A DNA stretch of 42,454 nt, taken from the NCBI GenBank assembly GCA_002448975.1, contig DKBO01000079.1:1-42454 (forward strand). The letters run 5' to 3'. Under the pieces are notes generated by a model. The model ran no database searches. It was not told where the DNA came from and saw nothing but the letters and a program-made list of their open reading frames with translations. Shown one piece after another: positions 18,205-25,875 of this stretch; position 1 is the first letter of the stretch, and each line of letters opens with the position of its first letter. The DNA is from Nitrospiraceae bacterium UBA6898 (GTDB lineage: Bacteria; Nitrospirota; Thermodesulfovibrionia; Thermodesulfovibrionales; UBA6898). A program made the translations under genes and the position numbers.

Positions 18205-18671
18205 ATATCTATTGCGAAAGAGGTGAAACTGTTCGAAGGAATGCAGGATTATTTCTGGAGGGACAGGGGATGAAACTGCATTGTAACAGGCTGAATAATA
18301 AGCATTTATCTTGTTGGTTACTAAAAGCAACTCAATTACCTTTAGGATAAAAGGGAACCTACAATGTATCCCATAGCTACAACTTGAAAATCAAAGCTGT
18401 TTCCAATAGAAACAGGGCAAGGTCCTGTTATGCTTTCAGGATGATAGTTATCCTGATTATACTCGCTTTCGTACTAGCTGTTTGGGCACATGAATTTTGC
18501 CTAAGAGAAGTTCAGTTCTTCAACGTTGCTCGGTAACGGATCAAAATTCCCGCCCCAGCAATGTATTTTATAGGTCTCACTGCCTTCACCATCCATTGAG
18601 CGGGATATACTCTTAAAAGTATCCTGATTATCATGACCAGCCGGATGTCAGGCAATATCCTATGGTGCCAG

Positions 18672-19379
18672 TCAGATAAGGCCGAGAGAACGTTCAGCAT
18701 AACGCACCGCATCCACAAAACTGCGACATTTTTCCATGTTTTTCACGAGAGGACCGCCCGGTATACGGTCGCTGACACCAGATTCTACATCAACGCCAAA
18801 CGGTCGAACGGTACTGAGAGCTTCCCCGACATTCCCGGCGTTCAAACCACCTGCCAGGAAAACCGGGAGCAGTGTTCTCTTGACGATTTCCGCGCAATGC
18901 TTCCAGTCACCCACCTTGCCTGTGCCCCCAACCCGATAGCTATCGAGAAGGATGCCGTCAACCACGGGTTCATAGGTGCTTAGAAAGACCCCATCGTCCG
19001 GGCTGAAGTTCTCTTCGGGACAGGCCGACATCACCTTGAGGATCTTTAGATCGTCCGGGGCTTGTTGGCGCAGCAGTCGTATGTGATCTACAGGCCAATC
19101 CGGATAGAGCTGGATAGTGTCCATTCGCAGCCTGGGCAAAATTTTATCGCAAAGCACGTCAAACGCCACGTCGGTCAACAATACCTTGTCAATGGTCTGA
19201 GGAAGATACCTGAAGATCTCCTGGAACTTCGCGGTCTTTTCCTCGACATTCTGGTGTTTGAAGACGTGAAAACCGAGCGCATCCACGCCCAACGAGCATG
19301 CTTCGTAGGCCGGATCCAGGCATTCAAACTCGCAGAGCTTGATTCTGATAGACTTAGCGGATCGGTCCAATAGCGTCAT
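18672..19379 (-). CDS. phosphoribosylanthranilate isomerase (TrpF)-like TIM-barrel protein
   Basis: 235 aa with IKLCEF (N-terminal Cys region), ILLDSYRVGGTGKVGDW, VFLAGGLNAGNV and PFGVDVESGVS. These match the TrpF signature blocks. Confidence 0.7.
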   Translation of the reverse strand: MTLLDRSAKSIRIKLCEFECLDPAYEACSLGVDALGFHVFKHQNVEEKTAKFQEIFRYLPQTIDKVLLTDVAFDVLCDKILPRLRMDTIQLYPDWPVDHIRLLRQQAPDDLKILKVMSACPEENFSPDDGVFLSTYEPVVDGILLDSYRVGGTGKVGDWKHCAEIVKRTLLPVFLAGGLNAGNVGEALSTVRPFGVDVESGVSDRIPGGPLVKNMEKCRSFVDAVRYAERSLGLI

Positions 19380-19400
19380 GTTGCTATTATCTGCAGCTGG

Positions 19401-20165
19401 TCAACGGATTAGCGCGGTTTCGAGTGAAGACAGGTATTCAGCAACGTCTTGCGGACCTCGGCCCATCGTTTCCAAAAAAGCAGTGCCGATAATCACTGCG
19501 TCGAGCCCCGCGATCACGGAAAGGGTTTTAATGTCTTCTGCGCTTCGAATTCCAAACCCTGCAGCAATCTTGGCTGAAGGGCATATCGACTTGGTGGTTT
19601 CGATACATTTCTTCAGCTCGGCATTGCTGAACAACTCTGCTCCCGTCAAGGGTGCTGACATCAAATATACGAGTGGCTTGGGTATGGCGAGCGAGAGTAT
19701 CTCCTGAACCCTCTGCTCGGACATCCACGGGCCGACACACTGCACAAGCTCCATGCCATGGCGGTTGGCTGTTTCAACATAGGGAGCCTCATTCTCCTCC
19801 GACCATTCTAGAATGAGCCCTTCCCAAGCACCCTTGTTATCAATAAGTACCTGCTCGAACGAAGATTTCTCAACCGTCCCCTTGTACAATACGCATAACG
19901 CCGGTGTGGTCGGCCGCCTTAGGGGTATGGCAGCCGTATACCGACAGGCCTCGATGTGGGCACGTTTTATGGTATTGTTTGCATGGTTGGAAAAGCCGTC
20001 GCTTGTGGGAATTGTCGTCTCAATAATAGATACGAAATTGGCCGCATCCAGCTGGGAGAGTATGTTCTCGAATTGAGAAGGATCCGGATAATTCGGCACA
20101 ACATAGATGATCAGTCCCTGTCGGCCTTCCTGGTTAGCCTTTTCTATCGCATTATGAAACTTCAT
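19401..20165 (-). CDS. divergent tryptophan synthase alpha (TrpA)-like TIM-barrel protein
   Basis: 254 aa. LIIYVVPNYPD and IIETTIPTSDG align by eye with TrpA AGDPD and ELGIPFSDP. AAGFGIRSAEDI and DAVIIGTAF match the TrpA phosphate-binding GFGIS and G-S-A loops. The second catalytic Asp region looks altered (SNHANN). Confidence 0.6.
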   Translation of the reverse strand: MKFHNAIEKANQEGRQGLIIYVVPNYPDPSQFENILSQLDAANFVSIIETTIPTSDGFSNHANNTIKRAHIEACRYTAAIPLRRPTTPALCVLYKGTVEKSSFEQVLIDNKGAWEGLILEWSEENEAPYVETANRHGMELVQCVGPWMSEQRVQEILSLAIPKPLVYLMSAPLTGAELFSNAELKKCIETTKSICPSAKIAAGFGIRSAEDIKTLSVIAGLDAVIIGTAFLETMGRGPQDVAEYLSSLETALIR

Positions 20166-21400
20166 GGCTTTTTCTTACCATTATACCCTGTCCATTCCTC
20201 AAATTGTTCGGCTGGGGTGATATTTTCCACGGACCACGATTCGACGAATTCCCTGGCCTTGCTCCACGTTGGAATAGGTTTCGGGAGATACCATGAGTGT
20301 GCAGATGGAACCGGGACGTCCCATTTGGGAGCTGTGCCATTTTTCCTCTGTCGGCCAAGAATCTCCTTGGAATACCGCCCCAGAGCCCACATGAAAGCTG
20401 CCGAGCATATCAACGAGATGGGATCTCCCAACTCAATCTTGACCCGCCCGTCCGTTCCCATGGGCAGCTGGAAGGGTTTCAGAAGACATTCAACAGTATC
20501 CACATAGCGGACGACCGTCAGCGGGTCAGCATATTTTTGGGCTTGTATTCTCGTCTCAAGGCACTGATTGAGAAACCCCGGGAGATGCGGGTTCCTGCTG
20601 CCAAAGAAAAAAACCGTATTGACTGCCGAGAAATGACCCTTTTGGTATAGATCCGCAATCAACGTACCGTATAACCCTACGTCCAGAATGAGCGTCTGGC
20701 CAAGGGCCAAAGTCCTCGTGAGACGTATTTGTCCATTACGGTATTCATGAAACAGCAGCGGCGATTCGCCTCTGTCGCGCAGAGGCCGCGTGTATACGAG
20801 AAAATTCAGCGGGATGGGATTCTTACCCCTCTGCAATGCACGCAGAGCAGGCCAGAAAAGCAGGGCATCCCTCAAGAAAAGCATCATGCTGTCAACCTTT
20901 CCCTTGCAGCCGGCAGCTAAAGCATCCTCCGCAAAGCCATGGAGAACGGGTAGCAGATAAGATGTGCTGTCCAGATAGCGTCGCACAATCTCAACGAGGA
21001 ATCGCCTCGTCGGAAGACATGCAACTCGGTGATCCTGGATTTGCGCAAAGAGCGCGCTCGAAACAACATAGCCTTCTGCATCGTCTTCCCGGGAGAGATT
21101 CCGATAGAGCAGCGAGAGAAGAGCGCCGGGGTCGGCAGACCCTGTATCCAGGCCGATGTAATTGATGCAGGCGTCCACCAATGATGCCAAGGATTCTGCC
21201 TGATCAGTCAGGGCAAGAAACTGTATCAGATCCGGCAGTCCAACCTCAACGTCCCGGATGATCAAAGCAGGGGGAAGCTGGTCTAAATCGACAGATGAAC
21301 CGCGGTAAAGCAACGGGATGCGCTCACCTGACAATTTTTCCATCTCCGGCAGAAAATCGAGCCGGGATATATCATCTAAAGGTGTACCTAAAATACTCAT
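20162..21400 (-). CDS. hypothetical protein, 412 aa, no motif recognised
   Basis: A long ORF with a 4-nt ATGA overlap with the TrpA-like gene. It is the first gene after the sigma-54 promoter candidate. It has no TM segments or signal peptide, and I could not assign a family by eye. Confidence 0.6.
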   Translation of the reverse strand: MSILGTPLDDISRLDFLPEMEKLSGERIPLLYRGSSVDLDQLPPALIIRDVEVGLPDLIQFLALTDQAESLASLVDACINYIGLDTGSADPGALLSLLYRNLSREDDAEGYVVSSALFAQIQDHRVACLPTRRFLVEIVRRYLDSTSYLLPVLHGFAEDALAAGCKGKVDSMMLFLRDALLFWPALRALQRGKNPIPLNFLVYTRPLRDRGESPLLFHEYRNGQIRLTRTLALGQTLILDVGLYGTLIADLYQKGHFSAVNTVFFFGSRNPHLPGFLNQCLETRIQAQKYADPLTVVRYVDTVECLLKPFQLPMGTDGRVKIELGDPISLICSAAFMWALGRYSKEILGRQRKNGTAPKWDVPVPSAHSWYLPKPIPTWSKAREFVESWSVENITPAEQFEEWTGYNGKKKP

Positions 21401-21596
21401 TTAGCTTCTTTCCACGGGTGACTTAATCTCCATGTAGACCATCAATTCCCTACTTGGAGTGAAATCGTCTGGATGTCAAAGAAGGAATTGGGTTTCTGAG
21501 GAAATCGTACATTTCTTTTTTTTAAATTTCTTATGATGTATACCTTATATTTAAGTACTCTGTGAGTCATGCGTTCCCAATCTGTCTCTTTTAAGA

Positions 21597-21612
21597 AGCA
21601 AAATAAATGCCA
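21597..21612 (-). promoter_or_regulatory. sigma-54 (-24/-12) promoter candidate for the 412-aa/TrpA-like/TrpF-like unit
   Basis: The minus strand reads TGGCATttattTTGCT with exact consensus spacing. It lies about 197 nt upstream of the ATG at 21400, in a 332-nt AT-rich intergenic gap. Confidence 0.6.
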
Positions 21613-21732
21613 ACTGGAAACGTATTGATTTAAAAAGCACTATCGAATCTTTGTACATAAAAGAATTGTAGCGAAGGGGATCACATGTGTCGATATCAGA
21701 GGCAGGATATTGTCGATGTCAAAAAAAAATCG

Positions 21733-22542
21733 CTACATGAATTCAGCCATCGGATCACAGGTCATATCAGCCCGCATTTTCACCACTCGGGCGGGATTAC
21801 CGAGAGCGATCGCGCCATCCGGAATATCACGTGTGACCACGGAACCTGCGCCGACAACCGCTCCCCTGCCAATCCGGACTCCGCTCAGCACTATTGTCCC
21901 AAAGCCGATCCAGGCCTCATCTTCTATAATGATGGCTCCTTTCGATTGCACAGGCTGCTTGCGGATAGGTTTGTCCGGCAGGACACCATGATCATAGGAA
22001 TAGAAAGCACAGTTTGGCGCAATCATTACGCCGCTGCCGATCTCGACGGGGGCAACATATGCATTCACCTGGCACCGGGGATGAATACTGGAATCGTCTC
22101 CGATTTTCAGATAGCCCCCATGACCTGTTTCGAGAATGGTATCTCTGTATATGTAGACCCGTTCGCCTATTTCGATGGGACCTGCATCCTCTCTCTGAAA
22201 GATTACAACGCGTTCGTCCATGAAAATGTTTTTCCCGAGCCGCAGATCTGAATGATAAATCGTTACGCTCGGTGCAATATACCCTCTCGAATTCATATGA
22301 GCGAGATAAGGCCGTGATTTATGCGGAGGAGCAGGCAAGGCCGCAAATCGCGCTGCCATGCGCCCGAAGAAGCCGACTCCAGCAAACCTCATCCAAAAAC
22401 GCATCCAATACTTCGTCAGGACATTAAGACTGCTTGGGTGCCGATAGGTATTAATGATATAGTGTGCCCTTTTCTGTAAACCCATGTAATTTTCCAGAAC
22501 TTGGTCGATAGATGAAAGCGCAAGGGGAAGGTTGATCTGCAC
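21733..22542 (-). CDS. left-handed beta-helix (hexapeptide-repeat) sugar O-acetyltransferase
   Basis: 269 aa. The C-terminal half holds the hexapeptide repeats IGDDSSIHPRCQV, IGSGVMIAPNCAF, IIEDEAWIGFGTIVLSGVRIGRGAVVGAGSVVTRDIP..AIALGNPARV. The N-terminal extension is about 100 aa. Confidence 0.8.
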   Translation of the reverse strand: MQINLPLALSSIDQVLENYMGLQKRAHYIINTYRHPSSLNVLTKYWMRFWMRFAGVGFFGRMAARFAALPAPPHKSRPYLAHMNSRGYIAPSVTIYHSDLRLGKNIFMDERVVIFQREDAGPIEIGERVYIYRDTILETGHGGYLKIGDDSSIHPRCQVNAYVAPVEIGSGVMIAPNCAFYSYDHGVLPDKPIRKQPVQSKGAIIIEDEAWIGFGTIVLSGVRIGRGAVVGAGSVVTRDIPDGAIALGNPARVVKMRADMTCDPMAEFM

Positions 22543-22551
22543 TATAGCAGG

Positions 22552-23442
22552 TCAACAAACGGATCTGCTTTGCGGGTGCCCCATAAAAATACCCCTCAGA
22601 GAGTTTCCTCCCAAAATGACAAGAATTTTCTGGAACGCCACCCCACTGACCATGGCCAGGCCGGCCAATACAAACAGTGCATCCTGAAGATGCTTGCTCG
22701 CCATTTCATGTAAGCCCGTCAACGGGAGAAGCAGAATTAAGAAGATGCCAGGCACCAGATGCCCCAGGCCCAGAACAACTAAAAGAGACAGGGGATTGCG
22801 GAGAATCGCCGTAGCCGCGCGTAAAGCATGGTTCGCCTGAGGGATCCGCACATAAATACCGTATACAAATAAATTCAGAACCAGACATACAATCCCTGTG
22901 ACAACCATTTGGGTCGAAAATGCCAATCCGCTCAGGCCCGACACGATTAGCAGCAGCCCGCAACCTCCAACAATGCTCGAGGTAAAAAAGCTAATTGGTG
23001 CAAGCGGCACATTCCAGGCTGTCACTGCCCTGGCACGATAGACCATGCAACCCTGGCTTATCACATAGACAAGGACAGCCCCGACAGAGAGCACATGCAG
23101 GAGGGGGTGTGGGAATAGCCAGTTCATCGATGCCAACAAGACAAATACTGTTCCCGACAAAACCTCTCGCGACATCCAGGAACTCTTGAGGTTGCCCAAA
23201 ATGTAAACGCCTCGCAGCGGCCTGCCAGCTTCAAAGGTCATGAAAAGGAATCCCAGGACAATAAGGAGAGGAGACAGCAACATGGATATCATGTCCTGGG
23301 GTTCGCTGAAAGCAATCCCTTCCCGCAAAGATATATCGAAAAAGCGCAGCACGTAAAAGCCCGAAGCCATGCCCCCCATAAAAAAATTAAAAACTGCGGG
23401 CCAGCCCCACACCCTGTATTTTACTGGTTGAATATGTTCCAT
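22552..23442 (-). CDS. NrfD/PsrC/DmsC-family integral membrane quinone-interacting subunit
   Basis: 296 aa and polytopic. It has WGWPAVFNFFMGGMASGFYV and EAGRPLRGVYILGNLKSSWMSREVLSG, which are hallmark NrfD-family blocks. Confidence 0.8.
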   Translation of the reverse strand: MEHIQPVKYRVWGWPAVFNFFMGGMASGFYVLRFFDISLREGIAFSEPQDMISMLLSPLLIVLGFLFMTFEAGRPLRGVYILGNLKSSWMSREVLSGTVFVLLASMNWLFPHPLLHVLSVGAVLVYVISQGCMVYRARAVTAWNVPLAPISFFTSSIVGGCGLLLIVSGLSGLAFSTQMVVTGIVCLVLNLFVYGIYVRIPQANHALRAATAILRNPLSLLVVLGLGHLVPGIFLILLLPLTGLHEMASKHLQDALFVLAGLAMVSGVAFQKILVILGGNSLRGIFMGHPQSRSVC

Positions 23443-23463
23443 GCTCTGTTCCCGCGAATCTGC

Positions 23464-24105
23464 TCAGTCCACAATGTAGTAAACTGAGGGATCAGTTCCT
23501 AATTCCTCCTGGAGTCTGGCTGTTTTTCCCTCGCGCAACAGTTGCGAAACCACACTGTCGGGATCGTCTAAATCGCCAAATCGCATGGCTTTGGCACTGC
23601 AAGAGATCACGCACTGGGGAGAGGCGTCAGCATCCCGACCGGGCCGGCACCCCTTTCTCATGCCATCGGCAATCTTCGGCAGACAGAAATTACATTTGGT
23701 TGCGACACCCACGCGGTCGGGGTTGGTGTCAGACCCACCCAATCCATGAACAATATTCTTCACTTCCAAGTCATATTTGTCGTGAAATATAATACTGCGG
23801 GCTTGATACGGGCAGGCCACAATGCAGTACCCGCACCCTACACAACGCTCATTTCTGATAGCGACTATTCCGTCGGATCTCCGGTGTGAAGCGGCAGTGG
23901 GGCAGACCTCAACACACGGGGCTTTGCCGCAGTGCATACAGCTTATCGGGATAAACGTTCTTATCCTTTCAGGAGTGGGCGATAATCCACAATCAAAAAC
24001 GCGGCGCCAACTATTGACGGGGACCCTGTTTGTCTGCTTGCAGACAATAGTGCAGGCCTTGCATCCGATACACTTTCTCAGGTCAATGACCATTCCCAAC
24101 CGCAA
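23464..24105 (-). CDS. four-cluster 4Fe-4S ferredoxin subunit (PsrB/NrfC/DmsB-type)
   Basis: 213 aa with cysteine groups CIGCKACTIVC, CMHCGKAPCVEVCP, CVGCGYCIVACP and CNFC. There is no twin-arginine leader. Confidence 0.85.
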   Translation of the reverse strand: MRLGMVIDLRKCIGCKACTIVCKQTNRVPVNSWRRVFDCGLSPTPERIRTFIPISCMHCGKAPCVEVCPTAASHRRSDGIVAIRNERCVGCGYCIVACPYQARSIIFHDKYDLEVKNIVHGLGGSDTNPDRVGVATKCNFCLPKIADGMRKGCRPGRDADASPQCVISCSAKAMRFGDLDDPDSVVSQLLREGKTARLQEELGTDPSVYYIVD

Positions 24106-24140
24106 CGTATGTCTCCCTTCACAAAATGCGGCACATCACT

Positions 24141-25781
24141 TCATCCCATGATGCCCTTAATATGATCGGCAAGCCTAATCGCAAGAGCGACGGCAGTAAG
24201 CACCGGATTCGCATAGCCACCCGTCGGGAATAAGGAGGGCCCCGCTATGTATAGATTTGAAGTGTCGTGGACGCGGCAATTTTCATCAACGACTCCTTTT
24301 TTGGGATCCGTGTGAATCCGTGTCGTACCCATGTGATGCCATCCTCCCACAATTTTCGGGATGTCGTTTTCGTCCCTGAGGTCGATCTGCAGGCTGCCAA
24401 GACCGGAGGAACGAACTTCCTCATCCATTATTTCCTGTGCCCTCATAACGCTGCGTATGTCTAAAGGGCTCAATTTCCAGTCCAATCTGACGCGCCTTCG
24501 ACCCAGGGCATCACATTCATCAGAAAGTGATACACGACTATCGGGGTTCGGAATCTGTTCAGTCATTTGATCAAGCTGGTACACGATGACCTTCTTTTGC
24601 TTATGTAAGAAACGCCCGCATCTGCGCAGTGCATTCTTCCGAACAGCTGTGGCTACTCCGCCGAGATTGGCAGCCACATCCTTCAACTGGCCGGTAAAAT
24701 CATCTGGAAGCCGTCCGTCAACCATTACTGACCGAAGAAGCCTGCGTGCCTTGGCCCCTTCAGACTGGTCGGCCTGAAGGGGCAGGTTATCCGGCCGCAC
24801 ACGGGGAAGAATGGAAACGCAATAGTTTGCCAATCTCTCATTTCGCAGCGTATTTTCAGATAGAGTCAATTTCGCCATTATGGGAACGGACTTTGTCTTA
24901 TGGATTCTGTACAGGGCAGTCTCATTATAAGTGTCAGGCCTGTCCGGAAGGTAAAAGCCTGAGTAGAAGTGAAGATGCTCCATAAAAAATCTGCCAACCA
25001 GATCATTTTGATTGCCGATTCCGTCACGCTGCTTCTTGTTCGAAAGTAATAGGAGTCGGGGGGTATCGATTCCTCCCAGCGCCAAAATGTAAAGTTTTGC
25101 TGAAACCCGGAATCTATTGCCCTCCAGGCAGGCCGCATGAATATGCGATACGGTCTGAGCAGCCGTATCCGTCTCCATTTCTACTGCATTGGCGAAAACG
25201 TAAGCACTGATATTCTCTGCCCTTCCAATTTCTTCTCTATAATCATTGAAAAAAGGGTCGCGTGGACCGAACTGGAATATCGCGGTCTTCATCCTTTCCG
25301 AAACAAAGGGAAGTTTGGGGGTTATCTCAGGGTCTTCCCAATCTTCGACCTCGTATGTATAGGGACCTATGCGGCAGACAGAGTGAGCGCGTTCATAAAA
25401 GGGATCAAGATAGGACTTGTCAAAAGGCCATCCGCTGTGCGGGAGCCAGTCACGCTCCTCGAAATCGATCGCGTCCAGGGGCCTCAGACGCACCCCGATA
25501 CGGTTATCCCCCAGTTCAACACTCCACCGATGACTGGACCCACCGAAAGCACAGCCCCGTGCGGTATCAAGCTCATAGTAAGGGAGGCCGACATTTTCTC
25601 CCCAGTAAAGCGACTGTGTTGCCCTGTCAGGTTCAAGTCCGCCGCTTTCCAGAAGACAGACCTTGAATTCTTTTCCTATGAACTCCCTGGCCACAGTAAT
25701 GCCTGCTATACCGGCACCTACGATGCAGACATCAGCCCGGATTGTCTTGTTTGACGGCAATGTACGCGCGTCGATAATCAT
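24141..25781 (-). CDS. GMC-family FAD-dependent oxidoreductase
   Basis: 546 aa. It has an N-terminal DVCIVGAGIAGITVA Rossmann motif and a C-terminal GGWHHMGTTRIHTDPKKGVVDENCRVHDTSNLYIAGPSLFPTGGYANPVLT (GMC_oxred_C-type active-site block). There is no signal peptide. Confidence 0.85.
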   Translation of the reverse strand: MIIDARTLPSNKTIRADVCIVGAGIAGITVAREFIGKEFKVCLLESGGLEPDRATQSLYWGENVGLPYYELDTARGCAFGGSSHRWSVELGDNRIGVRLRPLDAIDFEERDWLPHSGWPFDKSYLDPFYERAHSVCRIGPYTYEVEDWEDPEITPKLPFVSERMKTAIFQFGPRDPFFNDYREEIGRAENISAYVFANAVEMETDTAAQTVSHIHAACLEGNRFRVSAKLYILALGGIDTPRLLLLSNKKQRDGIGNQNDLVGRFFMEHLHFYSGFYLPDRPDTYNETALYRIHKTKSVPIMAKLTLSENTLRNERLANYCVSILPRVRPDNLPLQADQSEGAKARRLLRSVMVDGRLPDDFTGQLKDVAANLGGVATAVRKNALRRCGRFLHKQKKVIVYQLDQMTEQIPNPDSRVSLSDECDALGRRRVRLDWKLSPLDIRSVMRAQEIMDEEVRSSGLGSLQIDLRDENDIPKIVGGWHHMGTTRIHTDPKKGVVDENCRVHDTSNLYIAGPSLFPTGGYANPVLTAVALAIRLADHIKGIMG

Positions 25782-25875
25782 TTCCTGCTACCCGTTCTGT
25801 TGCTTGCAATCATCAAAGTGCACACTTTCATTGTGGCCTGGGCTCCTTTTCTCGGACGGATTGCTGCCAGGCAAA

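Noticed and set aside
18067-18330. 87-aa minus-strand ORF in the gap upstream of the 1213-aa gene.
   Set aside because: It overlaps the sigma-54 promoter candidate and the predicted leader. It has no RBS or motif and has an odd composition. The region is more likely non-coding regulatory DNA.
18483-18501. Plus-strand sigma-54-like sequence TGGGCACatgaatTTTGC.
   Set aside because: The GG-to-GC spacing is two nucleotides too long for a -24/-12 promoter. It also points into the 3' end of a convergent gene, with no plus-strand gene to drive.
18640-18669. Minus-strand TGGCAC followed by TTGC, just after the TrpF-like stop.
   Set aside because: Nine nucleotides separate the two elements instead of five, so the element spacing is wrong.
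18672-20165. Interpreting the TrpF-like and TrpA-like genes as part of an ordinary tryptophan operon.
   Set aside because: No trpB, trpC, trpD or trpE is present anywhere in the window. The pair is flanked by glycan genes, is coupled to an unknown ORF, and the TrpA-like catalytic region looks altered. It is reported as a finding instead.
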